Source of the DNA: Vicugna vicugna
Taxonomy: Eukaryota
DNA length: 62,000 nt
Assembly: GCA_013265495.1 (NCBI GenBank)
Contig: MU058241.1
Coordinates: forward strand, 1,365,249-1,427,248
Direction of reading: 5' to 3'
Part shown: in pieces, positions 12,480 through 25,513 of the stretch
Layout of the letters: the number at the start of each line of letters is the position of its first letter
Numbering within the stretch: the first letter of the stretch is position 1
Made by a program: the position numbers and the translations under genes
The notes under the pieces: generated by a model
Databases searched by the model: none
Told to the model about the DNA's origin: nothing
What the model saw: the letters and a program-made list of their open reading frames with translations, nothing else

Positions 12480-13055
12480 ATCTGCATCAACAGATGACTA
12501 GATAAATAAGTTATATGCTTGTATATAATATATACAACAGGTTACTACTCAGCCATAAAAATGAAAAAAATAATGTTATCTGAAGAAACATGGATGGACC
12601 TGGAGATTATCATACTAAGTGAAGTAAGCCAGAAACAGAAAGACAAATATCATATGATATCACTTATATGTGGAATCTAAAAAAGAAAGAGAGAGAGAGA
12701 CAAATGAACTTATTTACAAAACAGAAACATACTCACAGACATAGAAAACAAACTTATGGCTACTGGGGTGGAAAGGAGGTAGAAAGGGATAAATTGGGAG
12801 TTCAACATTTGCAGATACTAACTACTATATACCAAGTAGATAACCAACAAGGTCCTACTGTACAGCACAGAGAACTATATTCAACATCTTGTAATAGACT
12901 ATAATGAAAAAGAATATGAAAAGGTATATATATGTTTGTGTGTGTGTATAACTCAATCACTATGCTGTACATCAGAAATTAACACAACATTGTAAACTGA
13001 CCACACTTCAATTAAAAAAATTTTTTTGAACAAAAAATAAGAAAACAAAAACCAA
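12480..13055 (+). mobile_element. L1 3' end (ORF2 C-terminus remnant plus 3' UTR)
   Basis: catggatggacctggagattatcatactaagtgaagtaagccag..tcacttatatgtggaatctaaaa..tgtacagcacagagaactatattcaa, then an A tail. Confidence 0.9.
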
Positions 13056-13104
13056 AAGATTTCCGACACTTGCAAAGCAAATGCAAAAGGTGCATTATGG
13101 AATC

Positions 13105-13330
13105 ACAATAATAGCAGAAACTTCTGTATTGCTCACTGCACCCCGTGTGACATTCGGTGCGCTTCGTATGTATTCCCGAAAAACCTCACTATAACCATAA
13201 CATAGGTCCTTGCAGTGTCCCCATTTTATAGAAAAATAAACTGAATAACCTAGAACGTAAGTCACCTGCCTGAGACCACACATTTTAAGGGCAGAACTAA
13301 CATAAGTGACCAAGCAGACTGACTCCATAG
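13105..13330 (-). mobile_element. MIR SINE
   Basis: MIR core ccccattttatagaaaaataaactga..aagtcacctgcctgagaccacaca. Confidence 0.7.
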
Positions 13331-14584
13331 TTTTACCTCGTAGTTACTGCAGTATCTTAAGAAATTGGTCAAGATGCAGAAAAAAATGAAACATTAATAT
13401 TTATTGCCGGGAATCTTGTAACTGCAAAAAAAATAGAAGCATAATGGTTTCTTAAAATCACTGCACAGAGGGAAAGTGTATTAAGAAGAGAAACAATTCT
13501 ATAACAAGTAATTTTTAAAAAGGACATTAACACTGATAAAAAGATGTCTCTGAGTAGCTTACTGAAGGCGGACAAAACACGACGGTCACAAGAGCGTCTG
13601 ACCCTTTGCCCATCAAACTCTCCCTGGGAAGCCCTTTTTCCTTAGAACAGAGTGCTTTCACGCATAATGACTTCAAAACTTGGAAATCATATTTCAGGGA
13701 AACCCACTCCATTTTTTAACCTAAGCACACATAAAATATCACCTGCTCTATTTCCAAAACTATTTCACTTTGACAGACTTGGCAAAGTATGTGCTGTATC
13801 AGGTTGTTTGTCAAAAACTCACAGAATGTATCCTAATATCTTTTTTTCCCCCTTTCACCAGACAAAATATGTGGGGCTATATATCTGAGAGTGTTAAGTA
13901 AGTGCCGTCTGTTTTTTTTTTCCCACCAGAGAGAAAAAAAATAGGACTGCTATCTCCTACACCAAGTATTTTTTCATTATCTTTCAACATGTAACAAACA
14001 CACATTGGACCACAGAGGCAAGGAGACAATTCTGTTCCTCCAGCTCCCAAAGAATCTCATACCAAGTATGGAGTGATCTTGGGCAGTGAATCCAGCTTCC
14101 CGAGATGAAAATACAGGGAGGGAAATCCATTGCAGCTCCTGCAGAATGGACATTTTCTCTCAAGTTAGAAATCTACCTCTTAAAACTATTTTAAAAATTT
14201 TATCTATCAGAAATATTAAGGTACTACGAATGTGAATAATTTTATGATAATTAATACTTCAAAAAAGAGACTACAGACCATGATAAACCTTTCCTGTGTG
14301 TTTTATTTCACTTTCTGTTGCAATATTTGTATAACTATAGCAACATACTCTAGAGAGTCACCCTTTGCTAGTAAAAGACTTTCCCTAGGGGGGAAAAATT
14401 CCACGTAGGGGCAAAGATTCTACTAGAAGTATGGCTCTGTGAGACTATTCCTGGTGTTTTTTCGCTGTACTTTTAAATGTTTGCCTAGAACTTGAACAAG
14501 AGAGGCTAATAAACAGGGGATGGGCAGGCTCCGTCGTCAGTCTCAAAAGTAGAATTGCGCTTCACTGAGATTCCTTATCCCTCG

Positions 14585-15277
14585 TGCTGCAAAATGAAAA
14601 ACAGAAACAGCAACAACGAGACTCCCCTGAACAGGAAGTGACCATCCGCCAGTTGTCAGAGCAGGCAGATGGCTCGAAATGAGCAGAGAAAGGGTGGACG
14701 CAGGCCAAATGGCAGGAACTGGGCGGAAAGGCGGGGCGAGGGCCGGACGCAGGAAGCCATACACCGTGTGAACAACAGGGGTCCCCGGGCAGAGAAAGAA
14801 AAGCAGGAACCTCTGGGCAGATAAGCAGTCACACATTCTGGGGTGACAACAGGCCTGGAGGCCAACAAAGAAAGGTGGGGAAAGGCAGGAATCGCCAGTG
14901 TCCAAATGTAACCCTTTGCTCATTATGCCTTCCTTTTAATAAAATCAGCCTTGAGATTAGAAGTACCCATCATGCACCGACGCCGTGGCACATCCGATCC
15001 AGACTAAGGACAAAAATCCCTCCTCTCCTTGGGAAGGCGGAGCTGGGGTGAAAACCAGGGAAGACCACGAACCCTTCCTCTCCAATGAACATAACGACCA
15101 TTCGTTTTTACACTCTCTGTGGCCAACCTGCCGCAGAAACTCAGGGCAGCTGCTCCCCTGAGCCTGCCAGTTCTCCCCCTGAGAGAGTACTTTCCATCCC
15201 TTAATAAATCCCCACTTACTTTCTTAACCTCCCTGTCTTCTCTCTGCAGCGAGACAAGAACCTAGTCCCCGGCAACA
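14585..15277 (+). mobile_element. ERV solo LTR
   Basis: AATAAA near 15203, U5-like end gagacaagaacctagtccccggcaACA, and a GC-rich U3. The 5' end is approximate. Confidence 0.65.
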
Positions 15278-16323
15278 CAGCGTGTGACAGAGTGGGGACA
15301 GGAACTCGCGGGAGCCCGAGGAAAGTCCCCACCGGTGCCTTCAAGTGAGCACTGCTCTTCAGCCTGTCCATCAACGTCTGAGAGCCGCAGGGACCGTGCG
15401 CGTGCATGTGCTTGTGTGATTTACCATCGCGCTTCGAGGCCCCAAAGGTCTCGCTGGAGGAAAAAGTGCTTTCTGACACGGAGGGCCACCTGGAAGGCTC
15501 CTGCAGGGGAGACACTCTTCTCACTTGTGAAACGAGCTCCTAGGACAGGAGACGGAGGGCACGCGGTCCTCCCCGCCGTGATGACTCAGTGTGCTTTATC
15601 TTCCACGGGGCGCTGTTATGGCTGGACCAGGGTCGGGGTGACAATGACTCTAGAGAGACATGAACTAGGAAATGCAACAGAAGGTGGAACTTCTGAACCC
15701 CCTGAAATATCACTCTGATAAAACTTAAAACCTGGGCTCAACCCACGGAAAACATCGTGGGTTAGCAGCTGACTTTTCCTCCTCCACTTACACAGTCTCA
15801 GAGAAAGAAATGTTTTCGCCAAATGAACGACTTAGTGGTTGGGAGCCACCGTGGAAGGAAGGAGAGAAAGCGCCTCAGTCCATTTAAGACATTTCCCCTG
15901 TGCCCCTCAGAGCCACAGGGAGACTTCTGCGGGCGCAGAGAAAGAACTACGAATCACAGAATGGCCTGGGAAAGGTTTTACTGAGGCGACCAGTTGAAGG
16001 TCGTCTTGGGGACTTCCCATTGGATGGGGACAGCCTGGCTACGTCCTGGTGCGGCTCAGTTCAGCACCAGCCTGTGCGGTGACTCTGTGCTGACTGCAGA
16101 AAGTGTCTCCTGTGAGCCAAAGCTCCTCAGCGGGAAGGAAACGTGGAGCCTCTCCCGAGGGGCAGGTCCTGCCCGACTGCTCAGCAGAGGCGGGAGTTGG
16201 GTGCCTGTGTCTCCCCTCGGCTCGCAGGATGCACGTGAGTGTCATGCTGGCTGTGCCTTCTGTGCTGGGATGTCCGGTCAAGGTCCTGGGGTGCCTGGAA
16301 ATGCCTTTTTCCCTTATGCTGTT

Positions 16324-16845
16324 TGAGAGTTACCAGAACATTTGGCCCCCAGATAAGCCTCCTGGGCAGAGCGAGTCTGTGAGCTACGGGCAACTGAGAA
16401 TCAGCAGACACAAGGAAAGCTCTTTACCTCGCTCAGACTGCCTCAAAATGGAGCACAGAAATTCCCCCCTTGGACAGGAAGTTTACAGGCAGAAAGAAAA
16501 TTCCCGTTTGTAAAGATGTCTCTGACCAGGAAGCAAGCTACTCCTGAAGTATCTTTTACCACCTGAGAGACTCTCACCTGCATAAAGAGTCAAGTCTGTT
16601 GGCCACACATTTCCACCCGTCACCTGCCTCCTCCTACCAGAAGCTCTTTTTCTTGGTTTAGCCTGAAACGGGAAATAAGCCTCAGGCACCTGGCCACCTC
16701 CTTGAGCCGTGTTTCTCTTTGCCAACGCCAGCACATCCAAACTGTTTTTTCTTTCTCTTATTAACCTGTCTTGTATGGGTTTGATTCTTAGCCCCAGCCA
16801 CTGAACCTAGGAGGGCAGAAAGAAAGAAACTTCTCCTCCGTTACA
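16324..16845 (+). mobile_element. MER34-like ERV1 solo LTR
   Basis: Starts tgagagttaccagaaca..ggcaactgagaatcagcaga and ends gaacctaggagggcagaaa..cctccgttACA. Flanks tgtt/tgct form a near-TSD. Confidence 0.75.
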
Positions 16846-16851
16846 TGCTCC

Positions 16852-16925
16852 AAAAAAAAAAAAAAAAAAAAAGAAAAGGAAAGAAAAGAAAGAAAAAGCA
16901 TCCTTTACGAAAAGAGAAAGAAAAA
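16852..16925 (+). repeat. Poly-A / (GAAAA)n low-complexity tract
   Basis: A run followed by gaaaa units. Confidence 0.9.
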
Positions 16926-17869
16926 GTAAGGGCTCTGTGAGTGTGTGTATGCGCGGGTCGGGGGGGGCATGTGTGTGCACTTCGGTGTTGTCCCCAAAGT
17001 CTCTGCGTGACTCAGACGCTGCTTTTCTGTGCCTGGATCCTGCCTGTGACGACAGACATCTTTATGGGGAAGGAACCACCTGCACCGTGGACCTGTTTTG
17101 GCCCGGCTGGCTGAGCCAGCACTTCTGCATTAGCTGCATCGTTTCGCCCTTCCCTCGCAGCCCCTCAGGAGGAGAGGAGCTACCACACAAAACCCATCAC
17201 AAACATGGCCAAGCGTAAGATTTGTTCCTACAGGAGGAGAACGGACTCGGCCAGTGTGTTAGCGGACTCAGGCAGTGTGTTAGCGAACGCTGCTATAAAG
17301 AAACGGATTCCAGCCGAGCGGTTGCGCTTTTCTGCTCTTTCAGGTGCATGTGGAAACCTGACCTGCTTCTGTTCCTGAAGAAAGACAGTAGCAGATCCAT
17401 TACACAATCAGGGAAAGGAAATCGCATCCAAAACAGACCTAACTCCTTTCAAACGGAACAGAGCTATATTGTTACACTGGAACACAAGGGAAAAGATGAG
17501 CAAGTAACTGATACGAGATACTCAACATTTCTTCGGAGAGTGATCCGAATAGAAACATTAGCAAGATACTAGCTGGATGTCTTAGCGTGCAATCTCCGAG
17601 ATTTGTTTAGAGCTTCAAATCCCGACTCTTCACTGAGATCAAATCACGGGTTCAGATTCCACACCACCACTACTCCCCACTCCCACCCCTACCCCTTCTC
17701 CCCACCCCCACCCCGAGTACCTTTACTTATAGAATCAGCCTTAGGTGCAGGTGGACCCAGTGCTAACCGGAGGTGTTCCCAGCTCCTATGCAAGCCCACC
17801 GCACCCACCCCAGGGAATGCTGGCAGCAAAGTCCACGCTTAAGTTATCTTTGCTTTTCCAGTACCTGGG

Positions 17870-18495
17870 ACGGTCCTGCAGAGGCTCCTCAAAATGTGCC
17901 ACTTCTTTCAAAATTTATGGTTTTATTTTTTGAGGGGGAGGTAATTAGGTTTACTGATTTATTTTTAATGGAGGTCCTGGGGATCGAAGCCAGGACCGTG
18001 TGTATGCTGAGCATGCGCTCTACCACTTGAATGATACCCGCGCCCACACAACGTGCCACTTTTACGTGAGGATTATTTTCTGCCAGAGGCAATCCAGTCC
18101 CTGCAGGTTCCAGAGAAACTACTGACCCCTCCTTTAGAATAATTAAACTGGGGCTTCTTCCCAGAGAAGAGTTACTACCAGAGAACAACGCTATCTAAGT
18201 GGCCCCCATCTGTACAGCAGGGCAGATGTCTGATCACCCAAGATCTGCCTTCCTTCTGCCCCTCCTGTGAACAACCCTCCTGTCCCTGAAGGCCCTTCAC
18301 TCAGGGTGGGGTGGACCCTTCATTTTACCCTCCTGTCTGTGAGCCTCTCGAGAATGTGTGGTCTCACACTCTCACGTGAGTGGGATTCCCACATGTACAA
18401 AATTAAATCTGAATTTCTCTTGTTCATCTGTCTCATGTCAATTTAATTCGTAGCCAGAAGAACCTAGAAAGATCAAGTCGTCTTCCTCCCTGACA
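17870..18495 (+). mobile_element. MER34-like solo LTR interrupted by a SINE
   Basis: aaaatgtgccactt..aggattatttt..ggcaat start, and tgttcatctgtctcatgtcaatttaatt..gaacctagaaag..cttcctccctgACA end. Confidence 0.7.
17907..18049 (-). mobile_element. tRNA-derived SINE (Vic-1-like) with 14-bp TSD
   Basis: Reverse complement contains caagtggtagagcgcatgctcagcat..gtcctggcttcgatcccc. The TSD copies are aatgtgccacttct 17893-17906 and aacgtgccactttt 18050-18063. Confidence 0.9.
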
Positions 18496-18789
18496 GCACT
18501 CAATAAATATTTGCTTGAGTTCCCTTAACCTTTGTTAAGTACTTAGCCTTGTGTCGTTTTCAAACACTGTCCTGGAAGAAGCAAAGCTTTATCACTCAGA
18601 TCTCACTGTTGATGAGATGATTCAATTAGTTTTCTTCCCCTGGAAGAGAAAAACCAGCAGATCCCTGGGTGGAGATCCCTGCGTGTATGCATGTGTTAGC
18701 AGAAGAGGTCCAAACCTGTAGAAGTTGTTCCTTGCTGTTTGTCTGCTTTGGTAAGTCAGTTCTCCACTAAGATACGTAAGGACTGGTGG

Positions 18790-19010
18790 CAGGACTCACC
18801 TGGGGGTGACTATGCCTCCTTCCCAGGGACATCTGGCAACGTCTGGAGACATTTTGGACAGTCAAAACTTGAGGGAAACGGGCGCTACTGGCATCTAGTA
18901 AGCAGACACAAAGGTTGCTGCAAAACACCCTACAATGCACAGGACAGCCCCCCAACAGCCCAGAAAGATCCAGCCCCACTTGTCAGCCAAGACAAGGTTG
19001 AGAAACCCTG
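18790..19010 (+). mobile_element. MER20 DNA transposon fossil
   Basis: cagggacatctggcaacgtctggagacattttgg..ctactggcatctagt..cctacaatgcacaggacagcccccc..aggttgagaaaccctg. Confidence 0.9.
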
Positions 19011-20403
19011 CCATCCACCTACGTATGGAAAACTTCAGTGGTACCACTGGCCCCAGGTAGCAGGACACTGGTGCTTTAGAAAGAAGCAACCACTGTACCC
19101 TTGGAACATAAGCGATGCATTTTGCGAGCGCACAGCAAGTATTTAGCAGTGGGATGTCATCCCTTCCTTACTCCCTGTCTCCAGGCACTCCAAGACTCTG
19201 TTGATAACCACTGACCCCGAGGCAGTGATCCAAAGGAAAACCCCTACAGAAATGCCAGATGGCAACATTCTACGACGGTCGATGGAAATACAGGTGTACC
19301 TTCCCAGAGAGTAAGCCGGCCTCACCTACCACAAGCCTTCAGCAACAGTCAGACCTTTTGACACAGTCAACTTCTATGAATTACATTCATTGTAACATTG
19401 AGTCACGCTGAACATTCTGAAAACTAATAGGCCTGGGTCAAAAGATTTCCTTCCATGAAGGTTGGTTTCCAAAGCCCAAGAGGAAAGAAAAGATCTTGAA
19501 AGGGTGAATGCCAACGTTCTTGACGGTCTGCTCCCTACAAAAGACAGGACAGTGCCAGTTTGGAGTTTGTCTACTGATCTGTCTGGTTGATGGATTACTT
19601 GGCTCCATGGAAAAAGGTCAAGAGCCTGTTTCTTGAAGACTTCGGAATAATGGAGGTGTAGACCTGCAGACATCTGTCTCCCCACTCCCCGTCAACAGCA
19701 CTGTTCTCTTCCCAGTCTCCTGAACAACCTCCCCTCTGTCTCTGACCAGCTCTAATATGCTGATTCATCTGACAACTCTCTTAGCCACCATCAGTACAAA
19801 GACTTTCTTTTTTCAGGAAGAAAACCATTTACGAAGTAGGTGATGGGAGATAGGAAGGAGAAAGGAGTGTGGGGCAGCTCTGACACCGAACATGAGCCCA
19901 CTCCAAACACACACTCCACTCCTGCGCCCAGACTCCGCTGTTTGCAAGTGCTGGAGTTTTCTCATTCACTTAAAAAAACATACATCCTTTCCGCCAATCA
20001 AAAGGCATTTGCTTTCACGGCCATCAAGTGACATTTTTCTTGTTGTGCCGTGTTACGTTTTCTTTGGTTTGAAGTTTGTTTTCTGCGACAGAGGGGGGAC
20101 ATGCATAGCTTCACTGCTTGGTCCCACAGATAAGCCGGCATGAAGGCTGTTTAGAGGTACCGGCCACAGAAGGCTTCCCTTCTTCTATAGAGAGCGATTT
20201 CCCTTGTCCATGAATATCTGAGGGGAAAGCATTTTATGTGATACTGAAAAGGCAAAGGTGGAGAGGACAGCGTTCTTCAGGCAAGAACTGACACGGTCAG
20301 CCTGGATTCTCCTTAACCCTCTGCCGGAGGGGTGCAGGGGACAGAATGTACTCACTGACAAAGGGAGTCGACAAGGCTGTTTTCCTAACATGACAGGCTC
20401 CAG

Positions 20404-20859
20404 TGGGACAGGCTGGGACCCGGGGCCTAGTGCTGCAGCGCTCACACCTGGACAAACGTCCCCTCCAGCAACAGACCATGAAGAAACTACAAGGGACTAG
20501 AAATAACCGCAGGCGTGTGCAGCTGGGGCAAATTATGAACAACAAGATACAAAAAGGCCAAACCCTACTGCCACGTCTGAGGCGCTGGGAGCAAAGGCAG
20601 GTGCCAGGCGAGATCCCTACACACGCCGCACCAAGGGAGCAGGTGGACTCCCGGAGCCACGCCTCTGCCCAACCCACCCTCGCCCCGTTTAAGGGGGCGG
20701 CTCACCCCTCACTCTCAGAGAACAAGCAAGGGCGCCTGTTAGTGCTTCCGCTCCCTTGTGCTTCAGCACGAGTCCCCGTGAAGCCTTGCCTGAAATCCTC
20801 CTCTGGCCTCTTACCAGCTTCTACTGATGAAAGGCTCCAAGAACCCTGGGCCGGTACCA
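20404..20859 (+). mobile_element. ERV solo LTR (same family as 42782-43249)
   Basis: TG..CA ends with near-TSD ccag/gcag, and collinear similarity to the second copy (gaagaaact.caagggact; cagctggggcaaa.tatgaaca..aagatacaaaa). Confidence 0.75.
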
Positions 20860-21014
20860 GCAGAACCAGTAAGGAGGGAGGGCACTTTAACGAGGACCAC
20901 CAAGCTGGGAAGCACTGGCGCTAGTGCGTGCACTCCGGATGTCTGAGAGGCTTCTGGGAAAGGCCTCACAATGTAATAGCTAGTGAACAGTAATTACTGT
21001 TGGAAACAATCTGA

Positions 21015-21037
21015 TACATGAATGGACAAAGAACATT

Positions 21038-21072
<35 letters not shown>

Positions 21073-21570
21073 AGTAGACTCTGAGCCATGAAAGAGGAGA
21101 AATCCTGCCATCTGTGACAACACGGATGGATGCTGAGGGCATTACGCTTCACGAATTAAGTCACACAGAGAAAGATAGCTACTGAGTGATCTCACTTACA
21201 CATGGAAGCTAAAACACCAAACAAAACAATGAACTCACAGATACAGAGAACAGAATGGTGGTTGCAGGGGACGGGGTGTCAAAAAGGGGAAAGTGGGTCA
21301 AAATGTACAAAATTCCACTTATAAAATAAATAGGACCTGAGGATGTAATGTACAGCACAGTGACTGTAGTTAATAATACTGCATATTTGAAAGCTGATGA
21401 GAGTGGATCTTAAAAGTTTTCATCACACGAAAGAACATTTAACTGTGTGAGGTGTTGGATATCAACTAAACCTACCGTGGGGACACCTCACAATACATAC
21501 AAACATGGCATCATTATGCTGTACATCTGACACTAAAGCAAAGTTACATGTCAATTTAAAAAGAAGAAAA
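21015..21570 (+). mobile_element. L1MA-type 3' fragment containing a (CA)n microsatellite
   Basis: gaaatcctgccatctgtgacaacacggatgga..gatacagagaacagaatggtggttgc..gatgtaatgtacagcacagtgactgtagttaataatact. Confidence 0.85.
21039..21068. repeat. (CA)n microsatellite
   Basis: About 15 AC units. Confidence 0.95.
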
Positions 21571-22539
21571 CAATCTTTTTTTCAAGTTTGACATTCTTAC
21601 TTTTCCCCACGCGCAGAACTAGTATTATTTTGATCTCCTGAATATGTGTGAGCACATTTGACTGTCCTTTATGATTGGATTACTACTGCATTCTGTTGAT
21701 TTTTATTTTGAAGTTGGCTTTATTCCTTTGATAAATTTATTATTTATTTATTCCTATGTGAGTTAAAAAAGCTAAAGATTTAATCTGTTCTTAGAAACAA
21801 TAATTAGTACCTATATGAAAACTAAAAAAAAGTACAGCATACTGTAGATACGTATTTACATGCAATACAATGTGTATGCGCAGTCGAACTGTTAACAATG
21901 CTACATAATAAAACTGAAAAGGGGAAAAAAACTAATAAAATATCTCACACATGAAAAAAAGGACAAAAATTATGGGAAACTCATAAGGACAAAGCAAGTG
22001 ACACCCGGAACCTGCATGTAAATGAAAATAATGCACAGTATTAAACAACCCCCGCTAGGTGTCCGCAAACAAGGACACGGGCCATCTTACGACACAATCA
22101 CCAGATAAAACACAAGACAGAGACTGGGTTCAAGGCAAACAATTCTGCAGTTATGAAAAGGAAACAGAAAGCATGCCACACAGGCCTCGATGCTGAAATC
22201 CTAAGGACTAGATTCTGTAAGAACCAGCAGTTTAAACTGACAGGGTGAGCTGAGTGAACCTTCTCCTGTGTATCGGATGGCAAGACTCAGGGAAGGAACC
22301 CGGCGCCACTGCCACCGCCCAAGTGGTCCAGTCTGGACCGACGCCTGGTGGGCAACAGGGAGCCCTTTCTTTAAGAGAAGCCCGAGGCAGAAGCCAGCAA
22401 CACAGCCTCCGCGTTTAAGCATTCTAAACAACAGTAAAGAAAGGCCATTAGCGAGTTCTTAATGGTTCCACTTACTCGATTATTTATTCATGTACACCCT
22501 CATTTATTCACTCTTCCTACAAACGACTATTGATCACCA

Positions 22540-22710
22540 GTTAGAGCAGTGCTTCTCCAATTCTGATGGGCATACAAATCACCAAAGGGTACCGTCAGAA
22601 TGCGGGGCTGACTCAAGGGCTCGGGGGCAGGGCAGGAGACTCTGCACGACCCGCAGCCTCCCGCTGTGGAAGCTGCAGGCCTCGGACAACCCGGACCCAG
22701 GCACCTGAGA
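22540..22710. mobile_element. MER5A-like fossil
   Basis: tagagcagtgcttctccaa..gcatacaaatcacc..aatgcggggctgactca. Confidence 0.6.
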
Positions 22711-23446
22711 ATCTGCGAGGAGGAGGTCACAGTCCTTCCGGTGCAAGGGCTGCCTCTACTAGACTAGGGGAAAGAAACTATGAGGTTTTCCTCAAAAGTT
22801 CTTTGGCTCTCCAACTGACAGGGATACTCAGCCAAAAAAAAAGTAGACTTTCTACTCTGTCTCCTAATACATACTGCTATATTGTATATTATGCATTTTA
22901 TATGTACCCATGTGTTTGTGGAGGAAAATTACCCTTTAATCCTCCTGTCTGGTGTGAAATGTGTTAGGAGGGTCTGAGCACTGACTCCCAAGGTCTGTTC
23001 TCTGAACAGGACCACTGCCCATGTATCCAGGATGTGGAGTATGAGCTTTCTGAACTCAAGATGGAGAGGAAGAGGCAAGGTGGCTGGACACAGCCTCCTC
23101 CTGTGGCTCCCGTGGTCTCCTGGGCAGTGCATTCTGAAGGTCCCTACTGCCTGGTCCCTGGACTGCCTGGTCTCTGGACTGCCCTGCTGGCATTCTCCAT
23201 GGAAACCTGGAGAGCTGATCACTCCAGTCCCAGTTAGGACCCGGTAGCCCTCCCCCACTAGCTTGGCCTGAATTTGCCCTTCCTGGTACCATGGACTCTA
23301 AGGTAGCACCACGACCTCCCTCTGGCCCCTTCGCCAGGAAGGCTAGCCCAGTGTTTGCCAGGGGGTTGGGGTTGGGGGTGACAATACCCCTCACCACAGG
23401 GACACCCACGAAAGCCCAAATAGTATTAGTCCAGCTCCCTTCCTCC

Positions 23447-24021
23447 TGTAGCAGAGGAAAAACATTTCCCCTACCCTTTCAGGTTCAGTCCCTGTCACCT
23501 GCAAATTAAACCAACAAAAACCAGATTAATAGAAGAAAATATAGACAGATTTCACCAATGTTAATAATTTTATGTGTATGTGGGGCTCCACAGAAAAGAA
23601 ATGAAAATTCCAAAGTAGCAGTTAGACCTACGAGTTTATATATCACTTTAACAAAAGGCAATAAACGGTGAAGTGACTATAGACAATGGAGGGAGGGAGA
23701 GTTTGGGCTTCTAGGGATGGCCAGGGTTGGGAACATAAATATGAGGGAAACTAATGGTAGATAAAGGTTGTTTAGTAAGGTGTGCAATGCAGACTCAAGC
23801 CGGTGGCCTCTGCAGTAAAGAGTCTTCTCCCAGGACTCAGACTGGTTCTCTTCTTAATATGGGAGAAGACAGTTTTACAAATGAAAATGTGTTACCTTTG
23901 TAAAGGCAATGTACGGCCTGCTGAGTGCCTCCTGTGTCCCCTGTTCCCTACTGCCTTCAGCTCCAAATAATCCTTATGCCAAAACGGCATGTGCTGGGGT
24001 GACAAAATCAGGTCTCTGACA
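23447..24021 (-). mobile_element. MER34-like ERV1 solo LTR
   Basis: Reverse complement starts TGTCAGAGACC..tttggcataaggattatttggagctgaaggca and ends gaacctgaaagggtagggg..ctACA. Confidence 0.8.
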
Positions 24022-24399
24022 TTTGTGGTGTCAGAAGGTGAACATTATTAACCCTTTCATTTCTCACCATTCTCTGGTAAGAAACGCTCTCCCATCAGCC
24101 CAAAATACCTTCCTTTGACATTTTCTGCGTATGACTATTTGACTTCCTTCATCTCTTGAAAGTTTCAGGCATCCCAGACCAGCTTAGATTCCCCCATTAT
24201 GCACATGGCCAACATCCAGAAAATTCCAAACTCCAAATTTAAAGGCACAGTATGCATGCTAATCTGACTGAAAAGAGGCTGTCTTTTCCTCTAGACTGTA
24301 GACACAGGGAGTTGGAGGATGTTAACTCCAGCAGCAGCACGCGCCATGACACAGGACACACATCTGTGGCTTTCAGTCCACGGTAACAGATGACACCTG

Positions 24400-24570
24400 T
24401 CCAGTGCTTACCGCGACCACGCTGCCTTCTAGGCACTTTATCAGGGTTAATTTATTTAATCCTCCCAGCAATTGACAAAGTGAAATGAGGTCTGTCACCA
24501 TCTGCACTGGAGAGCTGAGGAAATTGTATTGCCCAAGCAGGCAGGATTCATGGCCAGACACTCTGCTCTT
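24400..24570 (-). mobile_element. MIR SINE
   Basis: ctaggcacttt..atttaatcctcccagcaa..ccatctgcac..gctgagg..ttgcccaag. Confidence 0.55.
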
Positions 24571-25002
24571 GCCCCAAGGGGACTAAACTGAGGGGTCGGA
24601 GGAGAAAAATGTGCTAAAATCACAAACTACCCACAACTCTTCCAAGTCTTCCGCTTCATATGTAAATGTCACGCGTATTTTTACATTCTACTCCTGTCTC
24701 CTAATTTAAAACCTTTTCCTGCAGGAAAATAAAAGCCTGGGGCTGATTTCCCTTTTTTATTTCCAGCTGGGATCCCTGGCTGCTGCTTAAAGGGGAAGGG
24801 AAGGGGGGCAGGGTGTGGGAGCCCAAGTGATGATGTACTAGGAGAAATGCAAAAGCTGGCGTTTTGATAGTGAAGATTTGTCTCCTCGTTTCCCATACTT
24901 TCTGAGGAAGGTATGACTTTCTCCAGATTTCCCCAAGTTTTCTGGCCACGATTTTCAGACCTTTTAGATTTGTTTATTCTAGACAGGGACAATCACCAAG
25001 AC

Positions 25003-25513
25003 TGGGAAGGGGAGTAAGACTCGCCACCCCCCATACAACGTCTCTTTGGCATGCGGGTTATTCTGAACTGAAAACAACCAGTCAGGAAGACAACTCCCTT
25101 AGCTAATTAAAATAATTTAGATAGAGGGCCTGTTCCAAGAAGAGAGGTGTCCCCAGGTGTGGTGGGGGAAACTCAGCAGGGCCCAGGGATCGGAGTCCAC
25201 CACGCATCCCACTGTCTGCCTCACACAGCACCAGCTACTTACCAAACACTAGCTTTTCCATCTCCCTGCGAACTGCCTTCCTCCCCTTTGAAGTCCCAAA
25301 CCACTACTCCAATATCCTCTTTTGTCCTTAGCTTAAGACGGTTTTTAAGGTGAGGGTTTGGGTCATTTTGTTTTCCCTGAGTCTCACCCACGTTTACGTA
25401 TCATTCAGCTTTTGTTTCATGTTTTTCTCCTGCTAATCCGAGTCATGTCAGTTTAATTTTTAAACCAGCCAGGACGACCTAAAAAGGTAGAGGACTATTT
25501 CTTCCTTCCCAAC
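25003..25513 (+). mobile_element. MER34-like ERV1 solo LTR
   Basis: gccacccccca..tctctttggcatgcgggttattctgaactga start, and catgtcagtttaattttt..acctaaaaaggtagagg..cttccttccc end. Confidence 0.75.

Noticed and set aside
17243..17284. 21-bp tandem duplication
   Set aside because: It is an ordinary two-copy slippage duplication with no further structure.
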